64,000 nucleotides of DNA from Acanthopagrus schlegelii (Eukaryota). Positions 32,986 to 44,729 of this stretch are shown piece after piece. The position numbers and the translations under genes were made by a program. The notes beneath the pieces were generated by a model, which made no database searches, was not told the DNA's origin, and saw nothing but the letters and a program-made list of their open reading frames with translations. The stretch's first letter is position 1, and each line of letters opens with the position of its first letter. The stretch spans positions 12,255,563-12,319,562 of the forward strand of contig CM085492.1 of the NCBI GenBank assembly GCA_041753875.1. Direction: 5' to 3'.

Positions 32986-33896
32986 GTTAGTTGTCCCCTT
33001 CCACTGCACATGACATAAAGTTTAGCATCATGAGCAATGAGATGTAAAAAGAAATGACAGTCTAAACTTTCTTACAAAAACAAAACAAACTCTGAGCATG
33101 TCTTCACTAATGAAAAACCCTGGCATAACAATCAGAAATCCTGAGCACTGATGATCATATGTGCCTGCTCTCTTTAATCAGCTGGTTCAGTTTGTAAACC
33201 TTCATCAAGTATTTTTAGTTGAACTTTGCCTACCTAATCTCACTTGCTACTACTGTATTAGTTTTCAGAATGTTTGGACCTACACATCCATCATCATGTA
33301 TGTAATATTTGAGAGTTTTTCCCAGTTCACATCCAAATCAAAAATACACATTTTTCCTCTTACCTGTAGTGCTATTAGCCAGTTACATTAGGATTTTTGG
33401 AGATATCTGCCAAAAGGATGAATGCTTTCACTCCAGTATAATGGAACTAGATGGCACTCAGCTTGTGGTGTCAAAAAACAACTCAACAACAATGACTGTT
33501 TCCACAAATCATGACCCGTGAGCAGTTTCATTTTCTGTTTGTATCACCAAAAGCTCAGCCAAGGTGGACAACATTTATTTTTATATCCTGCACTGTCACA
33601 GACACAAGCCTCTTATCCATGAGCACAACAATACAAAAAAAAAATTGCTCCTGCATGAAAGTGCTCACAACAAAGTCTGTGGATTTTCTTGAGTAACTGG
33701 TTCGAGATTTCTGGACAGCGACGTTGCTGAGTTTTTCAAATATATTGTTTTTATGTTACTGTTTGTCAAAGCTCTGTATTGACTGTGAATTTTACTCAAT
33801 CGGGACTTTTGTGCAGAAGGATTTTGTGCAAAGAAATTCTCCCAGTTACTTTCAATCTCTTGTAGATTTGAGCTCTTTCTTTTTTGCTTTGTTCAG

Positions 33897-34011
33897 ATTC
33901 AAAGTGGCCAACTGGAGGCACTTTATTCTCTGCTTGCCAGCTACTACTTCCTGTACGCTAATGTGCGCCACGGCCTCCTACACCACCTTCTTGAGATCTA
34001 CAGCTCCTGTG
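33897..34011 (+). CDS. tep1: tep1 exon; IQSGQLEALYSLLASYYFLYANVRHGLLHHLLEIYSSC
   Basis: Matches human LQSGNRGLLSKFLTNLHVVAAHLELGLVSRLLEAHALYASS. Confidence 0.75.
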
Positions 34012-34190
34012 GTGAGTGTGAATGACGATGCTGTATGTAAAATGTGGTGAAAACTTGTGACAGTTGCGCTGCTTTGGAGACAGTTCTTCCCTTTAATCCT
34101 TCACCGTGTGTTGTATGCATTTTCTGATGAATGATGGCAAAACCCAAAATCCTGATGTTTGTATCCTGTGATATTTTGCCTTTCCTGTAG

Positions 34191-34217
34191 ATGACAAAAG
34201 CAAGTGTGTGCAGTCAT
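34191..34217 (+). CDS. tep1: tep1 micro-exon (27 nt); (D)DKSKCVQS
   Basis: Acceptor tcctgtag| and donor t|GTAAGT. The phase bridges its two neighbouring exons, but there is little homology. Confidence 0.45.
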
Positions 34218-34302
34218 GTAAGTGCTTAAAAACACATAACTCAAATTTTCTTTCATCTGTGTTGAATTCCTTCTTCATAAAAATTGATCTTTGTGTTCTC
34301 AG

Positions 34303-34525
34303 ATGATGGCTTCGCGGATCGTCTAAAACTGCTGGAGTGCTGGAGTTTCGTGCAGCGCCACTCCTTCCTGCTCTCGTCCTGGCCGGCTCTTTGCATTCAG
34401 CAAGCCCTCAACGAGCCTCCTGAGACCTTTGCTCACACCTGGGCACAAGGCCTGATGGGAAAAGGTGGAGTCCGAGTAGTCGAGTGGCTGAACAATGACT
34501 ATGAGGAGAAACTTCGAGGGCTCAG
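34303..34525 (+). CDS. tep1: tep1 exon; (Y)DGFADRLKLLECWSFVQRHSFLLSSWPALCIQQALNEPPETFAHTWAQGLMGKGGVRVVEWLNNDYEEKLRGL
   Basis: Track ORF 34284..34529. Confidence 0.8.
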
Positions 34526-34649
34526 GTGAGAAGGATGTCTGTCAGGTGGTTAGGAGAACTGTGCGGAAGTGTTCCCCAAATCCACTTTTTGTTGAGTGTT
34601 TTGATTTAACATGTGTTTACGGTCTATGGTCTTGTGTGTTTCATTACAG

Positions 34650-34770
34650 GAAGCTTGTGTCGACCTTCTCCTCAGCTCCGACCTGTTTGGTTTTGAGCTC
34701 AGATGAAGCTCAGATGGTGGTTGGCACCAGTCAGGGAACACTGCATTTCTTTAACACAAAGACCGGACAG
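34650..34770 (+). CDS. tep1: tep1 exon; (R)KLVSTFSSAPTCLVLSSDEAQMVVGTSQGTLHFFNTKTGQ
   Basis: Track ORF 34495..34776. Matches human SSSPTAVAFSTNGQRAAVGTANGTVYLLDLRTWQ. Confidence 0.9.
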
Positions 34771-35118
34771 GTATGAACGTATTTTCCAGTAGAAATGTCC
34801 CCTGATCCTGTCATTCATTTTAAGGCATTGTAGATTAACTGGGTAGTTTTGTGTTCATGGACTGAGAAGCAATCCTGACCAGTTACAGACTTACAGACTA
34901 TCCATTTTCAGTTCCCAGTCAGAACATTTCCCTTTACTGAAGAAATTTGCATATATGGCATTTAAGGTTTCTCGGTCCTGCAGAAATGTATTATTAAGCA
35001 TGTGAACAAAATAATTTTGAATGTGTCATGTTTTTTTTTTTTTAATCTGAGAATAATTACTGTCCAGTTTTCAAACGTGCAAAAAAGTCTAACATCACTC
35101 TCTCATGGATGTGAACAG

Positions 35119-35243
35119 GAGGTGAAATCGATGGTGAGCAGCTGTGACGGCATTTCAAGCTCCGTCTTTCTGAAGGACGGACGTCTCGCTACCACCTCCT
35201 TTGATGGACGAGTAGAGTTCTGGGACATCGAAAGTGGCTGCAG
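35119..35243 (+). CDS. tep1: tep1 WD-repeat exon; EVKSMVSSCDGISSSVFLKDGRLATTSFDGRVEFWDIESGC
   Basis: Track ORF 35002..35265. Matches human EEKSVVSGCDGISACLFLSDDTLFLTAFDGLLELWDLQHGCR. Confidence 0.95.
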
Positions 35244-35336
35244 GTTAAATACACCTCAGGCTTAACTAACCATTAGATTCTTGAGATACCGCACAGGATA
35301 ATGATGTTTGAGTTAATTGAGTTGTATTCCCTGCAG

Positions 35337-35436
35337 GTCTGCTGTTATTAATGCCCACACTTACGCGATAACAGCAAGCGACGCCACTGAAGACATGAAG
35401 CACCTTGCAACTGCGTCTCTGGACTCCATGCTTAAA
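35337..35436 (+). CDS. tep1: tep1 WD exon; (R)SAVINAHTYAITASDATEDMKHLATASLDSMLK
   Basis: Track ORF 35317..35508. Confidence 0.85.
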
Positions 35437-35649
35437 GTTAGTCTTAAACAAATCACATTGGAAAATCAGTTCCTATTTCTGGTGTTTGTGTTTCTACATT
35501 TACTGTGATTTTTAAATACCTTTTTACTTTTAATTTTTTATTCTTTATTTTATGTGGGGGGAAGACTAGACACAACTTTTTACAAATCCGTTGAACAGTC
35601 AATGATAATCTTCCTTAATCATGCTGACTGAATGTTGTTCATCTATCAG

Positions 35650-35805
35650 GTGTGGTCTTCGACTAAAGGTCACGAGGTAGCGTCCCTGCCTGGCTCTGGC
35701 CCTTTAAACTGTGTGACCTTTGACCCTGAGGATCGCCTGCTGGCTGCTGGTTGCTGGAATGGAAATGTGATTATATGGAACTGGCTCCAGAATAAAACTC
35801 AAGTG
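35650..35805 (+). CDS. tep1: tep1 WD exon; VWSSTKGHEVASLPGSGPLNCVTFDPEDRLLAAGCWNGNVIIWNWLQNKTQV
   Basis: Track ORF 35632..35949. Matches human LWDTVRGQLAFQHTYPKSLNCVAFHPEGQVIATGSWAGSISFF. Confidence 0.9.
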
Positions 35806-36739
35806 GTGAGTTATCATGAGGAGAGGACAAAAAAAGTCACGTGGTTTTTTTTCCGTACACACATGCTGGCTCTGTTTGACGCAGTTCGACCCAGCATGTC
35901 AGGACAACACAGCTGGGATTTGCCATTCCATCCAACTACTTTGATCTGAACATGCAGACACTCTTGAAAATGTCTTCCTCTCAGGTTTCCTGAACAGAGT
36001 TGAGTTGTGTCTGGCAACTGTAGCTGGTTTGGGCTTGTCACGGGTTGACTGCGGGCAAAAGCAACATGATGTAACTTATTTTAGCCTTAAAATAACAGCT
36101 TCAGGATCATTTTGATGATACGGTGTTTGTAGTGTTACACACAGAAACTGTGGGGGGGCGGCAAATTGCAAGAAATGCCAATTTCATGTTGTGCAATTTG
36201 GTGCCCCCTGCAGGTTCTGAGTGCAGCACTGCTGTTGTAAAATCAAATCCCAAGTTTGTTATACTTTGGCAAATGTAATGTAGGTACTATCTATAAACAG
36301 AACTCTCTACATCATATCAATGTAACTTGAAGGATGTATGTAATGCTGTGATCCTTCCCTCTCAGTGCAGAAAAAAGTAATGGGGGTGGAGTGGCTGAGA
36401 CAGAGACAACATTCAGCCTATTATAAGACACTGTACCATCAAAATTATTCTGAAGCTATTTTACGACAAACATAAGTTGCACAATGTTGCTTTTAATGAA
36501 GCCAACAACTCAGTTAACCAGCTTTGCAAGTAGTGTACAGAAAGGCTAATTTAAAAAAATTACCTCTCAGCCATTAACATATACTACATCAACACAAGAA
36601 GAGCAGAGCGCTGGGCCTTCTCAATAGGATGTAAGAGGGAAAAGATAAAATTATAATCATACTACAGTGTTGCGGATAGATGATCGCCATTGTTGCTGGG
36701 TTTTTTTTAAAAACACAATTGTCCACTCTGTTCCCCCAG

Positions 36740-36949
36740 TCGCTGTCAGGTCACCAGTCCTCAGTGCGCAGCATCTCCTTCTCCTCCTCATCCATGCTCT
36801 GCTCTGGCTCCATGTCTGGAGAGGTTAGGGTGTGGTCAGTGCCCACCTCCACCTGTGTGGGATGTTTCCAGGCTCACACCGGAGCCACGGAGGCCCTCAC
36901 CTTCCTGTGTGAAGGGAGCATGCTGCTGAGTGCTGGCTCTGATCACACG
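36740..36949 (+). CDS. tep1: tep1 WD exon; SLSGHQSSVRSISFSSSSMLCSGSMSGEVRVWSVPTSTCVGCFQAHTGATEALTFLCEGSMLLSAGSDHT
   Basis: Track ORF 36680..37015. Confidence 0.85.
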
Positions 36950-37149
36950 GTGAGTCACTGCTGCATGTACATACATGAATACTTAAAATTAAAGGGACAG
37001 TTCACCCCTAAATAGATAATGTGTTTTTTTTTACTCTTACATTGAGTGTTGTTTACCCATCTGGACTGTTTTAGCGTTTCTTCTTGTCACTGATTTTGAA
37101 ATGAACCAAACTCCTTTTTCTTCGTATCTTCTTGTCTTTCTGTCAAACA

Positions 37150-37206
37150 GATCCAGCTCTGGTCAGGAGGACTTGGGCGTGCAGACACTGCATTAATAAA
37201 TGATGA
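37150..37206 (+). CDS. tep1: tep1 exon; IQLWSGGLGRADTALINDE
   Basis: Matches human VQVWSGSLGRPRGHLGSL. Confidence 0.85.
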
Positions 37207-37399
37207 AGTAAGCTCCTCATCCATCTTATGTTTAAGTGTTAACTTCATGCTTAGCTCATCTTCATAATTTTTAAGCTGAGCTATCGTCTGTGTGTAAAAT
37301 TATTAACTGTATGATTGAAAAAGGCCAGACATAAGTATATATATTTTTTGTTATTTGGCACTGTATTTCCTATACAAATCCTCTCATTTGATCTTTTAG

Positions 37400-37535
37400 T
37401 ACGAGCTGGAGCCTCCTCCGAAGAAACGGAAGTCTGTATCCTCTAGGCCCGCTGCTCTGTGTGTGGCTGTTAATGGAGCGTATGCTGCTGTTGGATACCA
37501 TGGGGACGGCTTCAAAGTCTACAGTCTTGATACAG
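37400..37535 (+). CDS. tep1: tep1 exon; YELEPPPKKRKSVSSRPAALCVAVNGAYAAVGYHGDGFKVYSLDT
   Basis: Matches human ALSVALSPDGDRVAVGYRADGIRIYKISSG. Confidence 0.85.
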
Positions 37536-37938
37536 GTGTGATTATGTGCTAGGAATGTCAAAAAAAAACAAGCTTTAGACTTTACTAGATTGAATCACTG
37601 GATGATGCCATCTGATGGAACAAATACAGGTGTGTGAGTAATGCCTACAAGAAAAATCAGACGGAATGGCTTCATGTTCTTTTTCTTTGTATAAAACATG
37701 TATCCATTTGTTTAGGTGGTGAAGGTGTTTATTTAGGCAATAAGTCACTTAAGCAAGACACACTTAATGTCAGGTGTGATCTGACACTATCCACTTGTGA
37801 TCGGATCACTCAAGTCAGATGGTAAAACCAGACATCAACAGCCTTTCTGTTCATTCCCAGGAGTACACAGGGCCGCATCTTTGTGGAGTTCTCTGCCCTG
37901 ATTCGATGAAAAAAAATGTTTTTTTTCTTTTACTGCAG

Positions 37939-37998
37939 GGGAGCAAACAAGGGAAGAAGTGTCATGGAATGAATGTCTCCCACAGGGGGTCAAAAGAG
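37939..37998 (+). CDS. tep1: tep1 putative small exon; (G)EQTREEVSWNECLPQGVKR
   Basis: Acceptor ctgcag| and donor g|GTACAT. The phase bridges exons at 37535 and 38920, but there is weak homology. Confidence 0.4.
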
Positions 37999-38919
37999 GT
38001 ACATCTTCTTCTGATAAATAATCATCAGTAATGTGGATATAATGACTAAGTGGGAAAAGACAAATATTAAAAGAAGAAGAAGAAAATTACATCACTTTAC
38101 AGCAACAACGTAGGTATGTCCCAAGTCTAAGATGATATATAGTTTTATATTTTGATAACTATATATCTTTATATTGCCCAGCCCTACAAGGGTTTCACCA
38201 AAGATCTTGAAGGAGGTAAAAGAGATGATATAGATATAGACTTTGATTGTGCAGAATAACAAAAGGTACTCAAGTGAAATAGCTCAGAGCAGACAACATA
38301 AACATACTGCAACAACAATAGAGAAACAAAAAGACAAACTAACACATCTCCCAAGAGAACATTGATGAAGCTCTGGTTTCACCAAGCCACTAAATTATAA
38401 GATGATATATTCATAACATCAATCAGCAAATACAAAGCAAAGAGATGCACCTTAATAGTTTCAAGAAATGAAACTAATACAATTGTAACAATCCCTGAAA
38501 TGTAAATAAAGATTATATTGAATAACAAAGACACCAATCATGAACGTCAATAGATAACCTGCCTGATGCAAGAGTGTATACCCCAACTCTCCTTCACCCT
38601 GTATGAGTTGTAAAATCACAAAGTAGATCTGGTAAACAGACTATAACTGTGTATGTTTATTTATGGATCCCCATTAGAAGCACAGAGATTTGTCTATACT
38701 CTTGAAGATGAAAAATCCAAATGCGATAAAAAGTACAAACTGTTCTACTGAGAACAGTCAAACAAGCTATGCAGACACATGATAGTAGAGTACAAGCAGC
38801 ACTATTATGTATAGTATCTGAAAAAGTGAATGCTGTGTGTATATGGATAAAACTAAAGCTGACAAATTGAACTGATGAAAGACGTCAAGATACTGAGAAT
38901 ATATCTTTTCTAATCGTAG

Positions 38920-39171
38920 CTGAGAAGATTTGGGCCCCCAAATATCTTGACGTGTCCGTTCTGTGCATGCTGTGGGTCGTTCTGGACGCGGAGAAGAAGG
39001 AACCTGAGCTGCTGCTGACTGCAGGAAGTGACAAGCGTGTGAGGGTGTGGAAGAGAAAAGGAGGAGAGGAGGGGATGCTGGGAGGCCTGGAGGAGCAGGG
39101 ATTATTTGGTGCCCAATCAGGCGTCGTCCTGGCATTAGCGCAAAACTCCACATACCTGGCCTCAGCTTCAG
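38920..39171 (+). CDS. tep1: tep1 WD exon; (A)EKIWAPKYLDVSVLCMLWVVLDAEKKEPELLLTAGSDKRVRVWKRKGGEEGMLGGLEEQGLFGAQSGVVLALAQNSTYLASAS
   Basis: Track ORF 38952..39182. Confidence 0.8.
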
Positions 39172-39326
39172 GTAAGTGTTAGAGAAATGTCCTTGAACAT
39201 CAGAGAAATACATGCTATCATGGTTTTTAGAGCAACATGATATATTTCTCAAGTACAAGGTGCTTTTAAGGAACAGATATTTTCTGCTGATTACTGTATT
39301 ATTCTCTGTGTATCTCATTGAATTAG

Positions 39327-39478
39327 ATGACTGCACCATTTTTCTGTGGCTGCTCAGCGTTCTGGCTGAAGACCCCTGTATGGACCCTCATGCAGTTCTG
39401 AGGGGCCACACTGGAGGAGTCACCTGTCTGGCTTTCAGCCCTGATGGTGGACAGCTGCTGTCTGGTGGGAAAGATCAG
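39327..39478 (+). CDS. tep1: tep1 WD exon; (G)DDCTIFLWLLSVLAEDPCMDPHAVLRGHTGGVTCLAFSPDGGQLLSGGKDQ
   Basis: Track ORF 39212..39493. Matches human ASEDFTVQLWPRQLLTRPHKAEDFPCGTELRGHEGPVSCCSFSTDGGSLATGGRDRS. Confidence 0.95.
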
Positions 39479-39749
39479 GTACAATATATTTGAGCTACAG
39501 TTAAGTGAGAATATCAGGATTTTGTTTTTGATGCGAACACTGACCATATTAATAGAAAACAATTGCTGTAGGGGCGTTTAAGAGTACCGGTAACTAAACC
39601 CCAGATGTTTGGCTAAAGTGCCTCTACCCTGGAAATTAAAAAATGCCTCAACATGGGCATGACTGGCAGTGGGTACTCTAATTGATACTGTAGATATGAG
39701 TCTGTGATTGTTCAGTGCAGCGCAGTACTGATGAGTGTCTTTGTTTCAG

Positions 39750-39857
39750 GCCCTGATGGTTTGGGATGTTACTGCGTCTCCTCCTGCTCTCTCCAAGTCA
39801 CTCCCCCACTCTCACAGAGACTGGATCACCGGCTGTGTTTGGACTCCAGACTGTGTG
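39750..39857 (+). CDS. tep1: tep1 WD exon; ALMVWDVTASPPALSKSLPHSHRDWITGCVWTPDCV
   Basis: Matches human LLCWDVRTPKTPVLIHSFPACHRDWVTGCAWTKDNLL. Confidence 0.95.
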
Positions 39858-39961
39858 GTAAATCTTCATTACTGTCAGTGTTGTAAAGAAATGTAACCAG
39901 AGAAAGTCATATTACTATACTAAATTAAGGGATCCTTATCAGCTTCCCTTTTCTCCTCCAG

Positions 39962-40066
39962 ATAAGCTCATCAAATGATGGGAGGCTCTGTTTATGGGAT
40001 CTGCTGGCAGGCGAATGTCTTAAAGAAATCTCCTGGAGGAGCCCTCTTACATCTGTCTGCTGTGTG
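39962..40066 (+). CDS. tep1: tep1 WD exon; ISSSNDGRLCLWDLLAGECLKEISWRSPLTSVCCV
   Basis: Matches human ISCSSDGSVGLWDPESGQRLGQF. Confidence 0.9.
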
Positions 40067-40231
40067 GTGAGCAAATTGCACATCTGTCTGTCAGAGAAAA
40101 TACAGGATGTGGTGTTTCCTTCTCTCCAGAAAAAAACTTGTATGCATTTCATTGACGCATTGATGGAGAAAATGAGCTCCATATTTCGTGAATATTGAGA
40201 TCTTGTGTTGACTTGGTGTTTCTTTGTGCAG

Positions 40232-40361
40232 GGTCAGTATGTGATTGCTGGCTGTGCAGAAGGAGTGCTCCACGTTTGGACCTGGAAAACGGGTGTTGAA
40301 ATCTCCCACATTGCTGCACACAAGCAGCGTATCCATCACTGCTCCCTCCTGCCAAATACAG
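40232..40361 (+). CDS. tep1: tep1 WD exon; GQYVIAGCAEGVLHVWTWKTGVEISHIAAHKQRIHHCSLLPNT
   Basis: Acceptor ttgtgcag| and donor g|GTAAGC. Confidence 0.75.
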
Positions 40362-40491
40362 GTAAGCTTACTGGAAAATGAGTACAAGCACACTTACAGT
40401 ATTTGAAACTGCCTTTCCCTTTTAAATTCATACTATATGATATGATAAGAGTCCGAGGCTGAATTTTTTTTGTTTTTTGTTTTTACCACAG

Positions 40492-40565
40492 AAGTCAACC
40501 CAGAGGAGATGTCTGTTTTCACTGCGTCTGACGATGGTATAGTGCAGCTCTGGAAACCACTACAG
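40492..40565 (+). CDS. tep1: tep1 WD exon; (E)VNPEEMSVFTASDDGIVQLWKPLQ
   Basis: Matches human MLTASEDGSVRLWQVP. Confidence 0.85.
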
Positions 40566-40698
40566 GTCTGTCAGTGAGAATCAAAGTTTATGCATTTTAG
40601 TCTAGATGCAGGGAAATAATGACTTCCTCATGGTTTTTGAACATAACAGAGCACACACTGTCATTTATTTCTCTGTTTCTCTGTATCTTTACGTTCAG

Positions 40699-40825
40699 GT
40701 GGAGCACAGCATGACCTTCCAGGGTCACAGCGGTGCAGTATCTGCAGTTTCTTGCTTTGGAAGGTCCCCAGATTTCTACACTATTTCTGAAGACCGCTCG
40801 TTGCGATCCTGGTGTTGGACAGAAC
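40699..40825 (+). CDS. tep1: tep1 WD exon; VEHSMTFQGHSGAVSAVSCFGRSPDFYTISEDRSLRSWCWTE
   Basis: Track ORF 40606..40836. Matches human QTHTLLGHSGPVRAAAVSETSG. Confidence 0.9.
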
Positions 40826-41254
40826 GTAATACTTGATACTCTACCTTTATATAATGCCATGAATATGTATTTTACGCCTTACACTTTATGGATATACAAA
40901 TATACAACTGATTATGCAGCATATGCATCTTTCAAACAAAGTCGTCTGTGTTTTACGGTCTTGTTTTTTACTGATAAATTCCAGCATCTTTCATGAGATG
41001 AAGAAACACATTACCCAAATGTCTCCTTTTTACATCCAAACTAACCTGTCAGAGTTTGTTCATGTCTGCAGAATAATCTTGTCGATCTTCCATTAATCAA
41101 GTCACAATGTTCCAGGTCATCTTCATAATTTGAAAACACTCTTTTCTGTGTATATTACTCTTCGCAGTCGTCACATGACGCTCCTCAGTGAAGAAGATAC
41201 TACATGGTTAATAAGCAGTGTATCCCAGTTCACCTGTGTGTTCTGTCTTTCCAG

Positions 41255-41385
41255 AGGGATCTCCAACACAGAAGGGCTCAGTCACAGCTCTCTGCTTCTC
41301 TCCCGGAGATGATCTACTTCTCGCCGGTTATGAATCCGGTTTGCTGAGATTATGGCAACGCAACGCCGTGGTTGGACAAAAGCAG
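41255..41385 (+). CDS. tep1: tep1 WD exon; (Q)GSPTQKGSVTALCFSPGDDLLLAGYESGLLRLWQRNAVVGQKQ
   Basis: Track ORF 41218..41508. Matches human PRSSAAVTAVAWAPDGSMAVSGNQAGELILWQEAKAVATAQ. Confidence 0.9.
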
Positions 41386-41500
41386 GTGAAGGCATACATC
41401 AGTACACAAGAAATAAACGGATGTACAGTGGACACGTGTTTGTTTGGGTTAGATTTTCACATGCTGTGTCTGTGTGTGCGTACGTGTGGGTGTATGTCAG

Positions 41501-41622
41501 ACTTCTGACAGGACCATCACAGCAATCTGCTCCATGCCTGACAACCAGTTTGCTGTCGCCTACATGGTACCTGTTGTTGATGTGTGGAAGCTAGTGTGGA
41601 ATAAACAACACGGCACCGCCAG
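41501..41622 (+). CDS. tep1: tep1 exon; TSDRTITAICSMPDNQFAVAYMVPVVDVWKLVWNKQHGTA
   Basis: Acceptor tgtcag| and donor ag|GTAAAC. Confidence 0.7.
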
Positions 41623-42533
41623 GTAAACAACAGCAAATCAGTCACACTACTAAGCTACCAGCTGCACCATGTTATGCTCATTTTCAGCTTCATAATTTTA
41701 TTTTGGGTTATTATTAGAATAAGTTTGCATGCCTTAATGCTCAAAAAGCACATTGGTTTTCCAAAACTGTCCAGTACTGCAGCTCTGTATTCCTCCTTTG
41801 TCTGAAACACTCTTTTAGTTCCCGTCTCTTTAGGGGCTGAATGTGACAGGGAAAAATGTAAAATACAAACCAAAAGTTCACTGCCTTTTTCTTTGTACAA
41901 AATGAAAAAAAAATATTAAAGAAATATGTAGGTGACAAAATGTATTTTTTTGTTTTCCTTCCTTAAATTTGCAGTTAATTGAAAGGGACGACAAGTAGTG
42001 AATTGAGAAGTCCACATTATCAGAATAATGTTTTAAAGTCAGTGCATTAATTCAGAGTGCTCCATTAACCCAAATTTAGTTGTTTTGTTTTTTTTCATAT
42101 ATTTTGTATAGCTTTTTTCATCAATATTTACAAGATGAGTTTGTATCAACATTTCACTCCTACTCCCACTCGACCACTCTGAGCCGTCAGTGTAGCTACA
42201 AAACAATAATGATCATTTACAAAATGATAATATTGATAATAAAAAACAAACTAAAGGGCCATATGAATTTTAAGAAGTTAGATTTTCAGGTCTTTCATCC
42301 AAAAATACAAGAATTGAACATTGCATACAATAATTAACCCACAATCTTAAACAAAGATCCCAAAGTTTGGGAACAGTTCACTGTTGATGTTTGGGAGCTG
42401 TGATATATGTGTGTTGACTTTAAGAACAAGATGTGAAATTGAAAGCGCCTTTTCTATGGGGACAGCAGATCTATTGTGATGAGCTTGAGTGACAGCACTA
42501 ACCCATCCTGCTCTGTCCTCCTGTTGCTTACAG

Positions 42534-42677
42534 CCTGGTGAAGGTCAACACGTACAAAGTGACACAACCAGTGATCCACCTCAACTACTGTTCAGTCCTG
42601 ATTGGTGTGTCACGCATGGGACGAATATTCAGCGTCCCATCTGACAAAGACAACATGTGGAACTACACAGTCACATC
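42534..42677 (+). CDS. tep1: tep1 exon; (S)LVKVNTYKVTQPVIHLNYCSVLIGVSRMGRIFSVPSDKDNMWNYTVT
   Basis: Acceptor gcttacag| and donor tc|GTAACT. Confidence 0.65.
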
Positions 42678-42814
42678 GTAACTACATACATGATTATTTG
42701 ATGATGATTAGGTTTTTTGACTGTAGAGAAAACTAATTTCTTTGATACGATAAGGTGCTGCTGGGTTTCGTTTCCCTTTACATTGAGGATTTTTCTTTCT
42801 TGCCTGTATTGCAG

Positions 42815-42914
42815 TTGGGAGGATAATGTCCGAGTTTTGGGTATCATCCGTAATGACGAGAAAAGCATGTGGCTGGTGGGCGAATCAGAGGGAGAAGTTC
42901 ACATTGGCTTCATT
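42815..42914 (+). CDS. tep1: tep1 exon; (S)WEDNVRVLGIIRNDEKSMWLVGESEGEVHIGFI
   Basis: Track ORF 42717..42926. Confidence 0.75.
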
Positions 42915-43228
42915 GTGAGTTTCTAAATGATGATAATCTAGTAAAACAACACATATTAAAAGTAAAAAAATAGTGGAAGTATTTAATGAAATGAAAATGT
43001 TTCATTGCCAATTAAATGATTCTACTTGGCTAAACTTTTTTTATAGAAAACAATATCATCATTGTTCCAGTTTAGATAATGTGACATCAGTTTGTTAAAT
43101 GAACATTTCTTTTTTGTCTCAGATGTCCAAACATTTCAGTGAAAAGTCAAGTCAAACCTCATGTTAAGTGCACCACATAGTTTGTTTTCAGTAAATGTGA
43201 TTGTTGCCTGTGTCCTCTCCTCCCTCAG

Positions 43229-43340
43229 TTTGGCATGGGCCCCAAAACCCACATCAGTTCAGCTTTCAGTACGTTGAACCTGGAGACCAATGATGAGGAG
43301 AAGAAAAGGAGCATGATATCAGCTGTAATGGTGAAAGGAG
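43229..43340 (+). CDS. tep1: tep1 exon; FGMGPKTHISSAFSTLNLETNDEEKKRSMISAVMVKG
   Basis: Acceptor ccctcag| and donor g|GTACTA. Confidence 0.65.
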
Positions 43341-43464
43341 GTACTAAGCAAAACTAAAACTGTTAGTTACTTCTCTTTCTTCAAGCATATCCATGGCTAC
43401 TTGAGCTACTGTTACTGTTTTGATTTGTATTGTTTATCATCCAACGTCTTGTATGTTCTTTCAG

Positions 43465-43547
43465 ACTTTGTCGTGTGTGGAGACAGGGAGGGCAACATGT
43501 GGTTCATTCAGCCTCCGGAGCCTTCCACATGGAGCAACAGAAAACCT
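43465..43547 (+). CDS. tep1: tep1 exon; (D)FVVCGDREGNMWFIQPPEPSTWSNRKP
   Basis: Acceptor ctttcag| and donor cct|GTAAGA. Confidence 0.65.
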
Positions 43548-43714
43548 GTAAGAGCTCAGACACTGTGAAGAACAAATGTAAAAAGAATGTATATTGTTGT
43601 ATCGTAAAATGTATCAAATCTGGCATTCAGACTCTCACATAAAGGTCCAATGTGCAGGATTTAGTGACATCTTCATAGCTATGGTTTTTTTTAATGATGA
43701 TGTTTTATCCCCAG

Positions 43715-43819
43715 GCCCATAGCGACAGGATCAGTGTGCTGAGACTCACTGACCGCGTCATCATCTCCGCCTCCCACGACAGGACAGTGAAGCTGTGGGA
43801 CAGAAAGACAAAGAAGCAG
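43715..43819 (+). CDS. tep1: tep1 C-terminal WD exon; AHSDRISVLRLTDRVIISASHDRTVKLWDRKTKKQ
   Basis: Matches human IHSGSVTALHVLPELLVTGTLDRDVKLWDRPSMQ. Confidence 0.95.
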
Positions 43820-44729
43820 GTACATCACAGTCTTCAAAGAACAGTCTGACATTTTAGGAGACATACTTACTCGCTCCATGGTGGATAGTTAGATGACAAG
43901 ATATTTGTACGCTGAATACAATGGCATCAGACAGTTGTCTAAGCAATGACTTAACTGCTCTGTCCAAAATTAACAAAGTTAAAAGTCAAATGACACATAA
44001 GGTATTAACTATTGAGCTTTAGTGGTGCTGGTAGATGGATTTTATTAATTTTGGACAGAGGGAGGGTAACCGTTTCCCCCGTTGCCTGTTATTATGCTAA
44101 GCTAAGCTAACTAGCTGCTGCCTTTAAGAAGGTGGACCCATCTTCTCATCTAACTCAAGTCAAGAAGGTTTTCTTGTGCAATAGAAAAACATTTTCCTTA
44201 TATGTAAATCTAATACGTTAAAAATCTTGGGTGTTTTTATTTATTTGTTTCAACTTATTTATTTTTTATCTTGCAAAATGCAAAGGGTAAAGAATAACAA
44301 AATAAATATAAAAGTAAATGAATTTAGACATGAATAAAATTAATGCAAAATTAAATGGAAACATGAATAAATAAGTGGATTAATACAAAGGCAAGTAAAT
44401 ACAGAAGCAAATTAAAACATAAATATCAATGTATGTCATATTTTGTACATTAATTAATACATTAATTTTTAATAAATGGTTTGTACATTTAATGGTTTAG
44501 TTTTGTATCTGTAAAAATAATATCTTTTGTTCCTTCATATGTATTGAAAAACTGTATATATTTAATAATACATTTGCAATGTATTATAAAAAAATATCAG
44601 ATTACATTTTCTCTATATATTGACAAAATATATTGGTTATTGACATTTTTCTTATATTTTAAAAAAGATTAAACACAGTCTAAGACATTAGTCTTTCAGT
44701 GACCTTCTGTTCTCTATCTCTTCCTCCAG

